From: an uncultured bacterium
GTDB lineage: Bacteria > Oederibacteriota > JAAXVQ01 > JAUVAV01
Direction of reading: 5' to 3'
NCBI GenBank assembly: GCA_963710755.1
Contig: CAVQBK010000003.1
Coordinates: forward strand, 896,001 to 960,000
DNA: 64,000 nt
Positions within the stretch are counted from its first letter, which is position 1. Each line of letters opens with the position of its first letter. Positions 1 through 9,534 of this stretch are shown here, one piece after another. Both the position numbers and the translations under genes were made by a program. Under the pieces are notes generated by a model, which worked only from the letters and a program-made list of their open reading frames with translations, searched no databases and was not told the DNA's origin.

Positions 1-16
1 CAACCGGAAGAAGGCT

Positions 17-1456
17 ATGCAAGAACAAAACCCTCTGGCCCGTAAAATCGCCAATAATGCTTTTTTCAAAACCGTAGGCGAACTAAGCATTCGCCTGCTT
101 TCTTTTGTGTTTATTGTGGTGGTGGCCCGCACTCTGGGGGACAAGCAATTCGGCGTCATCAATTTTGCCTATTCCTTTTCCTTGCTCTTTGTGGTGGTCG
201 TGGATTTTGGACTTAATCCCTTGATGGTGCGCGATAGCGCCCGTACCCCCGGTCAAACGGCCAATCTGTTTTTCAATTTGCTGACTATCAAAGTACTGCT
301 CGCCTTGCTATACAGTCTGGCCCTGTTCATCGGCCTGCAGGTGGTGGCCCCCTCGGCTCAGATGAAAGCCGTGACCTATTGGCTGGGGGCCTTTGTGCTG
401 CTCAATTCCTTTACCGAATTTATTAGTGCAGTTTTTCACGGCCATCAAAAAATGCACCTGGAAGCCATGGCCATGGTGGCGCAAAAAATGGGACTGGTCC
501 TGTTTGGGTTGACCGCCTTGGCTTACGGTAAGGGACTGTTGGGCGTGGCCCAAGCTTATACGGCCGCCGGCCTGATTGGTTTGCTGCTGGGACTTTTATT
601 TCTCAGCCGCAACCGGCTGCTGCAAGGCCCGTGGCGGCTGGATTTCCAATTTTTAAAACAGGCCTTCCACCAGGCGTTGCCCCTGACACTCACCACCTTG
701 TTTATCAATATTTACTTCCGGATTGACATGACCCTGCTGGCCAAAATGACCAATCAAGCCCAGGTGGGGTGGTATGGAGCAGCCCACAAATGCATCGAAG
801 TGCTCATGGTCTTGCCGGCCGTGCTGGTGGTGGCCACCTTTCCCGGGTTTTCAACCTTGTACTGGCAGGACAAAGCGCGCATGGCCCGGGCGGCTAAAAA
901 AATCCTGCGCTTGCTGCTGATGATGGGGCTGCCCATTGCCATTGGCGCGCTGCTGGTGGGCACGTCGCTGGTGAGGTTGATATTCGGGACTGATTATCTT
1001 CCCGCTGGTCCGGCCTTGGGACTGCTCAGTGTGGCCTTGTGTTTTATTTTTCTCAATTATGCGCTCTCTTACTTTTTAATCGCTGCCGAAAGACAGGCGG
1101 TCAATGCCATTGTTTCCGGCGTGGCGGTGGCCGTCAGCGTGGGCGCCAATTTCGTGTTGATTCCCCAATGGGGGTATATGGGTGCTGCTGTATCAGCGGC
1201 CATTACCGAGGCGTTTTTGTTTGTGGCTTATTACAGCATGGTGCAGCGGTATTTGTTCACGATTCCGTGGTGGAAAGAAGCTCTGAAAATTGTGGGCGCA
1301 GCCCTGATCATGGCTCTGGTACTTTGGCCCCTGCGCTTCTTGGTGCCATGGGTCACCATCCCGGTGGGGGGACTGGCCTATGGCCTGGCCTTGTGGCTGC
1401 TGCGGGCCGTGGGAAAAGAAGATTTGGATTTGATACGGAAAATGGTAAAACGATAA
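17..1456 (+). CDS. Wzx-type polysaccharide flippase (MOP superfamily)
   Basis: 479 aa with many hydrophobic segments; 'VARTLG..FG...FA.SF...VDFGLN', 'IYFRIDMTLL', 'VGWYGAA', 'NFVLIPQWGYMGAA' are typical flippase motifs; first gene of a glycan cluster. Confidence 0.9.
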   Translation: MQEQNPLARKIANNAFFKTVGELSIRLLSFVFIVVVARTLGDKQFGVINFAYSFSLLFVVVVDFGLNPLMVRDSARTPGQTANLFFNLLTIKVLLALLYSLALFIGLQVVAPSAQMKAVTYWLGAFVLLNSFTEFISAVFHGHQKMHLEAMAMVAQKMGLVLFGLTALAYGKGLLGVAQAYTAAGLIGLLLGLLFLSRNRLLQGPWRLDFQFLKQAFHQALPLTLTTLFINIYFRIDMTLLAKMTNQAQVGWYGAAHKCIEVLMVLPAVLVVATFPGFSTLYWQDKARMARAAKKILRLLLMMGLPIAIGALLVGTSLVRLIFGTDYLPAGPALGLLSVALCFIFLNYALSYFLIAAERQAVNAIVSGVAVAVSVGANFVLIPQWGYMGAAVSAAITEAFLFVAYYSMVQRYLFTIPWWKEALKIVGAALIMALVLWPLRFLVPWVTIPVGGLAYGLALWLLRAVGKEDLDLIRKMVKR

Positions 1457-1571
1457 GCCAACTCAGGATGAGCATGTCAACGTACGCTTATGTTGCAAAA
1501 AAATCACCATGATAAAGCTTAAGACAATACGTTTTTTGGAAATATTAACAGGAATTAAGGATGATCCATCA

Positions 1572-2561
1572 GTGAAAAAACTATCCATCATTATTCCAAC
1601 CTATAATCGAAAAGTTCTTTTGAACCAGATGCTTGACTCGCTGGTTAAAGTCGTCATGCCTTTTGAAGAAGTGGAGGTGCTGGTCATTGACGATGGGTCT
1701 ACGGACCAGACCATGGCTGCGCTGTTGCACCAGAGAGATCCTTTTGAATTGCGGATGCTTCGCCACGAACAATCCCAAGGCCCGGCCCGGGCCCGCAACC
1801 TGGGCGCACGGCAAGCCCAGGGTGAGCTTTTAGCTTTTTTGGATTCCGATATTATCGTGGACCCAAATTGGTGGCAGGCCGCGGCGCCACATTTTGATGA
1901 TCCCCAAGTGGCCGGGGTGGAAGGCGCCACCATTCCCTTGGCAAGCACCACCGTCCCAACGCCGTTCACCCACATTGTGGCCAATGGCAAAGGCGGACAA
2001 TTTCTGACCTGCAATATGCTTTTTCGGCGTGACCGGTTTTTGAAAATCGGGGGGTTTGACGAACGTTTCCTCAGAGCCAATCGGGAAGATTCGGATTTAG
2101 GGTTTTCTTTTCTGGAGCGCGGCTATAAACTCATTTTCGAACCGCAATGCGTGGTGCGCCACCCTATTGTTCAGTCAACGCGTACGGTTTATTTCAAGGA
2201 AGCCCGCTTTGGGTTGCATGAAGCCTTACTGCGACGCAAGCACCCATTGCTTTACCGGCGCCACCTTAAATGGATCGATGGCCGGGCTTTTCCGGTTTTT
2301 TACTGGGGTGTGTTTATAGGCCTGCCCGGATTTCTGCTGGGAGAGGTCTTGAGTTTGGTCTGGCTGATAGGGTTGGGGCTGTTGGCTTGGGCTGGCGGCA
2401 CAGCCGGGTCAGTGTATGCGGTATGCAGAAAAAGAAAAGTGCGTTTTATGGATCTGGTCTGGCTGGTTCCGCAATTTTTAATTCTGCCCTGGGTGAGGTT
2501 GTTCTGGGTTTTAAAAGGGGAATGGCGCTACCGTCATGTCCGGCCACAAGTAGGCCGTTGA
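1572..2561 (+). CDS. Glycosyltransferase family 2
   Basis: 'SIIIPTYNR', 'VIDDGSTD', 'GPARARN.G', 'FLDSD', 'GGFDERF...EDSDL'; C-terminal TM segments. GTG at 1572 preferred over ORF-track start 1509. Confidence 0.9.
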   Translation: MKKLSIIIPTYNRKVLLNQMLDSLVKVVMPFEEVEVLVIDDGSTDQTMAALLHQRDPFELRMLRHEQSQGPARARNLGARQAQGELLAFLDSDIIVDPNWWQAAAPHFDDPQVAGVEGATIPLASTTVPTPFTHIVANGKGGQFLTCNMLFRRDRFLKIGGFDERFLRANREDSDLGFSFLERGYKLIFEPQCVVRHPIVQSTRTVYFKEARFGLHEALLRRKHPLLYRRHLKWIDGRAFPVFYWGVFIGLPGFLLGEVLSLVWLIGLGLLAWAGGTAGSVYAVCRKRKVRFMDLVWLVPQFLILPWVRLFWVLKGEWRYRHVRPQVGR

Positions 2562-2659
2562 CCAGGGGCGGCTGATTTTTTAAAATGAACAGCAGGGGAC
2601 AGGTCTGTCTGTCCCTACACTTGATGAGATGGATTCCTATATCACAGGCAGGTTAAACT

Positions 2660-3124
2660 ATGAAATTTCACTGGACTATACGCTGGTGGGACCTGATGGC
2701 CCTGTTGACGTCAGTCGTAATTGCCGTTTTTGTCGTGCAATTCACGATCGTGAAAAGCGGCTTGCAAGGGACCATGGTCAACACTGCCCAGGTGGTGGTA
2801 CGCATTCCCCAGCCTTTGCCGGAAGTGGCCTCGCAGCTGACGGCCGGGACTGATTTGGTCAATAGCCGGCAGGAAAAGATCGGAACCATTCAGGACGTGC
2901 ACAACGTGCCTGCCCAAGGGGGCGCTTGGCCCATGACCTGGTCCGGGCCTGAAGATGTGGTGGTCAAGGCTGATATCAACGGAGATCTGCGTTTGGTTCG
3001 CGATCTACCGGGCTTCACCAAGGAACCTGCCCCTCTGCGTGTTGGCGTCTGGTGTTTACTCACCACAGACAAGGTGGAAGTATCGGGCATGATTACCCAA
3101 GTCTTGCCGGAGAGAGGCCGTTGA
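2660..3124 (+). CDS. Hypothetical membrane-anchored protein (DUF4330-like)
   Basis: N-terminal TM helix followed by a beta-rich soluble region; stop overlaps the next start. Family call is tentative. Confidence 0.55.
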   Translation: MKFHWTIRWWDLMALLTSVVIAVFVVQFTIVKSGLQGTMVNTAQVVVRIPQPLPEVASQLTAGTDLVNSRQEKIGTIQDVHNVPAQGGAWPMTWSGPEDVVVKADINGDLRLVRDLPGFTKEPAPLRVGVWCLLTTDKVEVSGMITQVLPERGR

Positions 3125-5229
3125 CACGGACCTTGCCACCTTTATCTCCATTGGTGACCAATCTGCTGGCGCCATTGGTGGTCATCATGGTGGCTATGCT
3201 TTGGCCATGGACCAGAAGTCAGCCCTCCATGAGCGCTGTGGTGGTCCTGGCGGGAATGCTGCTGGCCTGGGCATCACCAGCTTGGTCCTTGGTGCTGCTG
3301 GCCTTGGTGGCGCCTTTTGAAACTGCCCTGGAAATGCCGGTTTTAGGCACGGTTTATACGAGCGAACTGCTGCTGCTGGCTTTTGTGCCCGGCTGGTTTT
3401 GGAATGGGATAACCCACCCCTCCTGGAGAAAACCTTTGGCCCCGGTGTGGTGGTGGGCTGCTCCTTTTCTCGTGCTGTTATTCTCCCAACTCCTTATTCA
3501 TCCTGCTTCGGTTACCATCAAAGCTACCCTGCGTTGGCTTGAGTTTTTTATGGTGTTGCTGGCAGGCGTGCATTGGCTGCGCCGGCCTGGGCAAGCCTGG
3601 GCGGTATGGTGGGCCTTGTTGCTGGCCTTCAGCCTTAACAGTCTCATGGGCCTTGGACAAACCTGGCAGGGCCGGCTGCATTGGCCCGGATTGCTGACCT
3701 GGTCCACCGCTTTTGGCGAAGTGGTGCGTGCTTCCGGAGAATATGGTCCCAACACCCTGGCAGGGGTAATTGCCTTGGTGTTGCCCTTGGGGTTGGCCTT
3801 TTTTTTATTTCATCCCAGCCAAGCGGTTAAACGGCTGAGTTATGTGCTGGTGCTCTTATTGGCAGCTGGATTGGCAGCTACTTTTTCCGTTATCGGCTAT
3901 ACCAGCGCAGCACTGGGCGTGGTCTTTTTGGCACTGATGCTCAACCCCAAGCCGCGCCGTATGGCTGTTTATGCAGGCTTACTGGTGCTGCTGGGCCTGA
4001 CGTTGGTGGTGGCCCTGAATTCTGAAGCCGCCCTTGCAGCCCTCATTAAAATCAAGAGCGCCTCTTTGGCGGACCGGCTGGGCTATATGCAAGTGGCCGG
4101 CCATTTGCTGGCTGGCCATCCCTGGTGGGGTATTGGGCCAGGGTGGTATAAAACCCTGGCCTTGACCTGGCGCCATCAGGAGTTGAACATCATTGGGCTC
4201 ATTACTCATCCTCATGCCTTGTGGCTGTTGGTGTTGGTTGAAAACGGCATCCTCGGATTGGCGGCATTGCTCTGGGGTTTGGGACAGGCGGCTTCCTATA
4301 TTATAAGAAAAGCTGCTCACCGTCGTAACCCCATGCTTTGGGCCGCTTGCGCCGGTTTAGTGGCTGTGGCTTTCCTTAATCTGGGAGAGCAGGGCCTGGT
4401 CCATGACCGGGGCGTGCACGTGGCCCTGGCCTTGGCCGCGACGTTGGTGTTGGTTACTAAAAAGGCCTTCCCCCAAGCCATGGCAGCAAAGCATTGTTTT
4501 GAGCACCAGTGGCGGCAGCATGGGCAACACCTTGACTGGGCCAAACAACTGGAAGAGCGCCGTCAAGGCCGGCAGGTGCTCTATAAAGTGCTGGATCAGG
4601 CCCTGGCCGGACCGAGGCCGGCCAAAGTCTTGGAATTGGGTTGTGGACCGGCGCTGGATGCATTGCATCTTTCACAACGCAACCGTCTGGACGTACATGG
4701 TCTGGACAGCTCTCCGGCAGCCTTACAACTGGCCAGGGAAGCTTCCCAAAAGGTGCAAAGGCCGCTGACACTGCACCACGGTGATGCGCGCTGCACGGGA
4801 TTGGCGGCCCAAAGCTTTGACCTGATCTTTTCCCAAGGCCTGTTGGAACATTTTAAAGATCCTGACCCGGTGTGGCAGGAGATGGACCGGCTGCTTAAGC
4901 CGGGCGGCGCGGTGGTGGTGGATGTGCCTCAGACCTTTAATCCCTATACCCTTATCAAATGGGGTCATCGCCTGAAAGGCACCTGGCCCTGGGGCTGGGA
5001 AACCCAATATACGCTAGGGCAGCTCAAACGTGCTGGTCAGATTCTGGGGTGGAAAGTTAAAACCGCGCATGGCTACGGCTATCGTCAAGGTGCATGGGAC
5101 ATCACTTATAGAATTAGACAATGGGCACAGCCGTACTGTCCCCGCTGGTGGGCCCGGATGGAGCAAACCACGGGCGCATGGTGGATGATGAATGTGGTGG
5201 TGCTCTTTGAAAAAGGAAAATGCTCATGA
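3121..5229 (+). CDS. O-antigen ligase/polymerase (WaaL/Wzy_C) fused to a C-terminal class I SAM-dependent methyltransferase
   Basis: N-part is multi-TM with 'RASGEYGPNTLA', 'SLADR', 'HPWWGIGPG', 'HPHALWL.VLVENGILG'; C-part has 'VLELGCG', 'FDLIFSQGLLEHF', 'LLKPGG'; one uninterrupted ORF. Confidence 0.8.
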   Translation: MTRTLPPLSPLVTNLLAPLVVIMVAMLWPWTRSQPSMSAVVVLAGMLLAWASPAWSLVLLALVAPFETALEMPVLGTVYTSELLLLAFVPGWFWNGITHPSWRKPLAPVWWWAAPFLVLLFSQLLIHPASVTIKATLRWLEFFMVLLAGVHWLRRPGQAWAVWWALLLAFSLNSLMGLGQTWQGRLHWPGLLTWSTAFGEVVRASGEYGPNTLAGVIALVLPLGLAFFLFHPSQAVKRLSYVLVLLLAAGLAATFSVIGYTSAALGVVFLALMLNPKPRRMAVYAGLLVLLGLTLVVALNSEAALAALIKIKSASLADRLGYMQVAGHLLAGHPWWGIGPGWYKTLALTWRHQELNIIGLITHPHALWLLVLVENGILGLAALLWGLGQAASYIIRKAAHRRNPMLWAACAGLVAVAFLNLGEQGLVHDRGVHVALALAATLVLVTKKAFPQAMAAKHCFEHQWRQHGQHLDWAKQLEERRQGRQVLYKVLDQALAGPRPAKVLELGCGPALDALHLSQRNRLDVHGLDSSPAALQLAREASQKVQRPLTLHHGDARCTGLAAQSFDLIFSQGLLEHFKDPDPVWQEMDRLLKPGGAVVVDVPQTFNPYTLIKWGHRLKGTWPWGWETQYTLGQLKRAGQILGWKVKTAHGYGYRQGAWDITYRIRQWAQPYCPRWWARMEQTTGAWWMMNVVVLFEKGKCS

Positions 5230-6329
5230 ACATCTGTTTGATCAGCGGTTCTTTTCCGCCCGCTCGTTGCGGCGTGGGCGATTATACGGCGCGGCTGGCC
5301 AGCGCCCTGGCCCAAGAAAAACATCAGGTGGTGGTGATCACGTCCGCAGGCCGGCCAACCGCGGATTTCACGGCCATGACCGTAAGACCGGTGGTGAAAC
5401 ATTGGGGCCTGGCAGGCATGAGGTCTTTGTTCGCGGTGCTCCAACCGCTCCATCCTGATGTGGTGCATGTGCAGTATCCCAGCACCGGCTATGGTAGGGC
5501 CCTGGGCATTAATATGTTGTTTATATTATTAAAATTAATGCTGCCCCATGTCCAGCGGGTGATCACCCTGCATGAATACGAGGTCTTTTCCTGGAAAGGG
5601 CGCCTGCGGCTTTGGCTGACCGTGAAAACCGCTCATAAGGTAATATGCACCAATCATCACGATGCCACGCTCCTGAAAAAACGCATGCCGCGCCTTAAGC
5701 TGCAGGTGATTCCCATTGGTAGCAATGTGGGTGAAAAAAACCAGGCTCAGCAACCCCTGCCGGCAAACGGTGAAGTCATGCAATTGCTGCATTTCGGCAC
5801 GGTCATGCCCAACAAAGGCTGGGCCACAATGATCGCCGCCTTGGAAGCCCTTGCCGCCCGCGGTCTTCAAGCCAGACTGACCGTGATGAGCAGCCTCGAG
5901 GGCAAAGCCTATCTTTATCACCAAGAGGTGGCAAGCATGATCGAGCGGTCCTCCGTGGCTGCCTGGATTAGGTTTACAGGGTACTTGGATGAAGCAGCCC
6001 TTGCTGCTTTGGCCGGGAATGACGACATTGTGGTGCTGCCCTTCAGCAACGGCCTGCGTCTTAACCGGGGCAGTTTTGTGGCCATGCTGGCCTATGGCAA
6101 AGCCATTATCACCACCGAGCCGCCCTTTGAAATTGAAGGTATGGCCCATGGCCAGATCTGCTGGATGGTGCCGCCTGGTGATGCCGCAACCTTGGCTGAA
6201 ACCATCATACGGCTATGGCATGACCCTCAGACGCGCCGGCAACTGCGCGCCCGGGCGGCGGTGGCGGCCAAGCGGTTTGCCTGGCCGGTCATTGCTCAAA
6301 AGACACTTGCGGTCTACGGCGCCATGTAA
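5226..6329 (+). CDS. Glycosyltransferase family 4
   Basis: 'FPP..CGVGDYT', 'TLHE', 'HFGTVMPNKG', 'AYGKAIITT'; ATGA overlap with the upstream gene. Confidence 0.88.
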   Translation: MNICLISGSFPPARCGVGDYTARLASALAQEKHQVVVITSAGRPTADFTAMTVRPVVKHWGLAGMRSLFAVLQPLHPDVVHVQYPSTGYGRALGINMLFILLKLMLPHVQRVITLHEYEVFSWKGRLRLWLTVKTAHKVICTNHHDATLLKKRMPRLKLQVIPIGSNVGEKNQAQQPLPANGEVMQLLHFGTVMPNKGWATMIAALEALAARGLQARLTVMSSLEGKAYLYHQEVASMIERSSVAAWIRFTGYLDEAALAALAGNDDIVVLPFSNGLRLNRGSFVAMLAYGKAIITTEPPFEIEGMAHGQICWMVPPGDAATLAETIIRLWHDPQTRRQLRARAAVAAKRFAWPVIAQKTLAVYGAM

Positions 6330-6410
6330 GTGCGGATACCACACAACGCTATCTTCTTTCCCCGTTAAGCGGGCTCCTAGGAGCCTGTCGGACTTTTTCG
6401 TTTGATGATA

Positions 6411-6419
6411 TGGTATAAT
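6411..6419 (+). promoter_or_regulatory. Extended -10 promoter (TGG-TATAAT) inside the IS left end
   Basis: tggtataat about 50 bp upstream of the DUF559 start. Confidence 0.55.
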
Positions 6420-6426
6420 AACGAAG

Positions 6427-6465
6427 TTTCCCCCTTTTGCAAAGGGGGACCAAGGGGGATTTGAT
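6427..6465. repeat. REP-like palindromic repeat, left copy
   Basis: tttcccccttttgcaaagggggaccaagggggatttgat; internal hairpin CCCCCTTT/AAAGGGGG; inverted copy at 8203-8241 matches 36/39. Confidence 0.85.
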
Positions 6466-6467
6466 AA

Positions 6468-6842
6468 ATGATTTTAACCTACCATCGCGGCCTCAAACGA
6501 AACTCGCAGGTTCTCAGGAATAACATGACCGAAGCTGAAAAGCATCTATGGAAACGGCTTCGCGGAAAACAAATTGGCGGTTTGCAATTCTATCGGCAAA
6601 AAATCATCGGCAACTACATCGTGGATTTTTTCTGTCCCAAAGCAAGCCTGGTAATTGAACTGGATGGCGGTCAGCATTATACCGACGATGGAATCCTCCG
6701 CGATGCGGAACGTGACCGTTATTTGAAAACGCAAGGCTTGCAGATATTGCGTTTTTCCGATCGCGACGTGTTCATAAACACGGAAGGCGTCTTGAAGCAA
6801 ATCCTGGCTCAAGCTTGCCTGCAAAGCAGGGAGGCATTATGA
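6468..6842 (+). CDS. DUF559 (Vsr-like PD-(D/E)xK) endonuclease domain protein
   Basis: 'LRNNMTEAE..LW..LR.KQI.G..FYRQKIIGNYIVDFFC....LVIELDGGQH...D.ERD.YL...G..ILRF' is the DUF559 signature. Confidence 0.9.
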   Translation: MILTYHRGLKRNSQVLRNNMTEAEKHLWKRLRGKQIGGLQFYRQKIIGNYIVDFFCPKASLVIELDGGQHYTDDGILRDAERDRYLKTQGLQILRFSDRDVFINTEGVLKQILAQACLQSREAL

Positions 6843-8203
6843 GTTTTGTTCCCTGCGATCGTGATACGAATTTTTTACTGCCGCCATCGTTGAATGATTG
6901 GCTCCCAGTCAATCATTTGGCGCGGTTTGTAACGGAAATTGTCGCCTAACTTGACTTGACGAAGTTAAAAGAATCATATGCGGGGCGGGGATCGTCGGCC
7001 TATCATCCTGAAATGTTGCTGGCTGTGCTGGTGTATGGATATGCCACGGGCCTATTCTCGGGCCGTCAGCTGGAACGCAGCACTTATGATTCGATAGCTT
7101 TTCGTTATCTGGCGGCAAACACCCATCCCGATCATGATACAATAGCCCAATTCCGCAAACGATTTCTCCCCGAATTGGAATCATTATTCGTACAAGTCCT
7201 GGTCCTGGCTCAGGACATGAAACTATTGAAGCTCGGTAAAATCAGTTTGGACGGGAGCAAGGTTCATGCGAATGCATCAAAACATCGTGCCCTTTTCTGG
7301 GGACATGCCAACAAGATAGAGAAGCAACTCCGGGCGGAAGTGAATCGCCTATTGCAACTGGCCGAAGCAGCCGATGAGGCCGACCAGCCTGACGGGATGA
7401 ACCTGCCCGATGAGCTGGCTCGTCGCGAAGATCGCTTGGCTGCTATTGCCAAAGCCAAAGCAGCCATCAAGCAACGAGCCGTTGAACGTGACCAACAAGC
7501 CCAAAAAGAGTATGAACAGAAGCTGACCGAGCGTCGTGAGCGTGAAAATAAAAGAGGTCAAAAATCCCGCGGTCCAGAACCACAACCGCCAAGCGATAAA
7601 GGCCCACAAGCAAAAGATCAGGTTAACCTGACCGACGGCGAGTCGCGCATCATGCCTGTTTCCGGTGGCGGGTTCGAACAAGCTTATAATGCGCAAGCCG
7701 GGGTGGACATGGAAACGATGTTGATAGTCACTGAGCATGTTACTCAAGCGACCAATGATAAAGAACAACTTGAGCCTGCACTTGTGCAATTAACCGCTCT
7801 TCCAGAAGAGCTGGGAAAGGCAAAAGCATTGGTGGCAGACAGCGGATACTTTAGCCAAAGCAATGTTAAACTTTGCGAATCCAAGGGGATCAAACCATAT
7901 ATTGCCAACAGGCGGGAGCAACACTACCCATCGCTAAAAAAACGTTTTTCAGGACCACCGCCGTTGCCTGAACGTGCTGATGCGGTGGAAAGAATGAAGA
8001 GGCGGTTGCAAATGCCAGCTGGCCGAAAACTGTATGCCCGACGTAAAAGCACGGTTGAGCCGGTATTTGGAATTATTAAATCTGCCATGGGCTTTCGCCA
8101 GTTCATGCTGCGAGGTTTGCAAGCTGTCAGCAGCGAATGGACTTTGGTCTGTCTGGCTTGGAACATGAAGCGGCTGCACGGGCTGAAATCATCTCAGGTA
8201 TAA
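6839..8203 (+). pseudogene. IS1182-family transposase with an in-frame stop at codon 37
   Basis: ATG at 6839 reads MSFVPCDRDTNFLLPPSLNDWLPVNHLARFVTEIVA*LDLTKL; TAA at 6947-6949 is in frame with the 6956-8203 ORF, which carries 'YHPEMLL', 'PDHDTIAQFR', 'LDGSKV.ANAS', 'NLTD.ESRIM', 'ADSGY', 'Y.RRKSTVEPVFG.IK'. Confidence 0.85.
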
Positions 8204-8241
8204 TCAAATCCCCCTGTATCCCCCTTTGCAAAAGGGGGAAA
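8203..8241. repeat. REP-like palindromic repeat, right (inverted) copy
   Basis: atcaaatccccctgtatccccctttgcaaaagggggaaa is the reverse complement of 6427-6465 with 3 mismatches. Confidence 0.85.
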
Positions 8242-8373
8242 AAGCATATAGGTGCAGTTATTAATGGAGACGCAACATACATAAGGTTTTTAATGATTTT
8301 AAGTCCGACAGACTCCTGGACAATAAACTAGACAATAACTATACGATATGCTATAGTCCGGCATGGAGGGAAC

Positions 8374-9381
8374 ATGTATAAACCGACCTACCGGATAACG
8401 GAAATTTTTCTGGCTTGTATTGAAAAAATTGCAACCCTGCAAGCAGAGATCAAAAAAAGTCATATCCATCTGCCCCTGTTGCTGCGCTTGCAAAAAGAAG
8501 CCTTTAACCGCAATGTTCATTCTTCAACCTGGATTGAAGGTAATCAACTATCACTCCAACAAGTTGCGGCCTTACAGGAAGAAAAGGCGGTCCGGGCCGA
8601 CGAACGCCAGAAAAAAGAAGTAAAGAACTATATTAACGCGCTTCACTGGGTAATAGACCATGCTGCCCAAAAAATTGATGAGCGTGATTTATTGAGATTG
8701 CACAAGATGATTACCCAGGATCTGGTGCCCGAAGAAAAATGTGGAAAATACCGCAAAGTTCAAAACTATGTTGTTGATGGACAAAAAAAGGTTGTTTACA
8801 CACCGCCGCGAGCTTCTTTGGTTCCCAAAGTGATGCATGAATTAATTGAATGGCTTGAGAAAGAAAAAAAGCTGAATGCCGTTATTGCCAGCGCTATTTT
8901 TCATCATCAGTTTGTGACGATACATCCTTTCTCGGATGGGAATGGTAGAGTGGCCCGGGCGGTATCATTATGGATCTTATATCAAAGGAAATATGATCCT
9001 GTTCATATCATGGCGCTCGATGAATACTTCGCTAATGATCGTGAGGCCTATTACCTGAAAATAACACAAGCCAGAGAACGGGATGAAGATCTTACTTATT
9101 GGCTTGATTATGTGGCTAAAGGTGTTTTGGAAACTCTGGAAAATACGGTGCGCCGAATTTACCAAATGGCCATATCGCCTAAACAAGATATTTCTCTTTC
9201 GGATAAGCAAGAACTGCTCATTAACTTTATTAAACAGAATGCAGGGTGCAGTTCCAAGGAGATTGGGCTAGCATTAAAGGTTAATCGGGCAAGAGTCAAT
9301 CAATTGATTACACCTTTGGTGAAAGCGGGCATTGTTAGTATGGAAGGAAAAGCAAGAATGACAAAATATTATTTACAGTGA
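8374..9381 (+). CDS. Fic family protein with C-terminal HTH
   Basis: Fic motif HPFSDGNGRVAR; N-terminal inhibitory-type motif STWIEGN; C-terminal winged-HTH-like 'SSKEIGLALKVNRARVNQLITPLVKAG'. Confidence 0.92.
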   Translation: MYKPTYRITEIFLACIEKIATLQAEIKKSHIHLPLLLRLQKEAFNRNVHSSTWIEGNQLSLQQVAALQEEKAVRADERQKKEVKNYINALHWVIDHAAQKIDERDLLRLHKMITQDLVPEEKCGKYRKVQNYVVDGQKKVVYTPPRASLVPKVMHELIEWLEKEKKLNAVIASAIFHHQFVTIHPFSDGNGRVARAVSLWILYQRKYDPVHIMALDEYFANDREAYYLKITQARERDEDLTYWLDYVAKGVLETLENTVRRIYQMAISPKQDISLSDKQELLINFIKQNAGCSSKEIGLALKVNRARVNQLITPLVKAGIVSMEGKARMTKYYLQ

Positions 9382-9534
9382 GTGTTTGCTGGTTTCCAGA
9401 TAGGGCCGGTTTTATGAGAAGGATCAGTATAGGTGAAGAACGGAGCAGTGGAATAGATAACGCTATGGTTTTCGTAAAGATTAAAATAGTATCAATAACC
9501 ATTGAGATTTATCTTTAAAAGCAGAGGCCTTGTT

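Larger units (their letters stand above)
6381..8315 (+). mobile_element. IS1182-family insertion sequence carrying a DUF559 passenger gene
   Basis: Terminal inverted repeats GAGCCTGTCGGACTT (6381-6395) and AAGTCCGACAGACTC (8301-8315), 14/15 match; flanked by CTAG (6377-6380) and CTGG (8316-8319); encloses an IS1182-type transposase. Confidence 0.8.
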
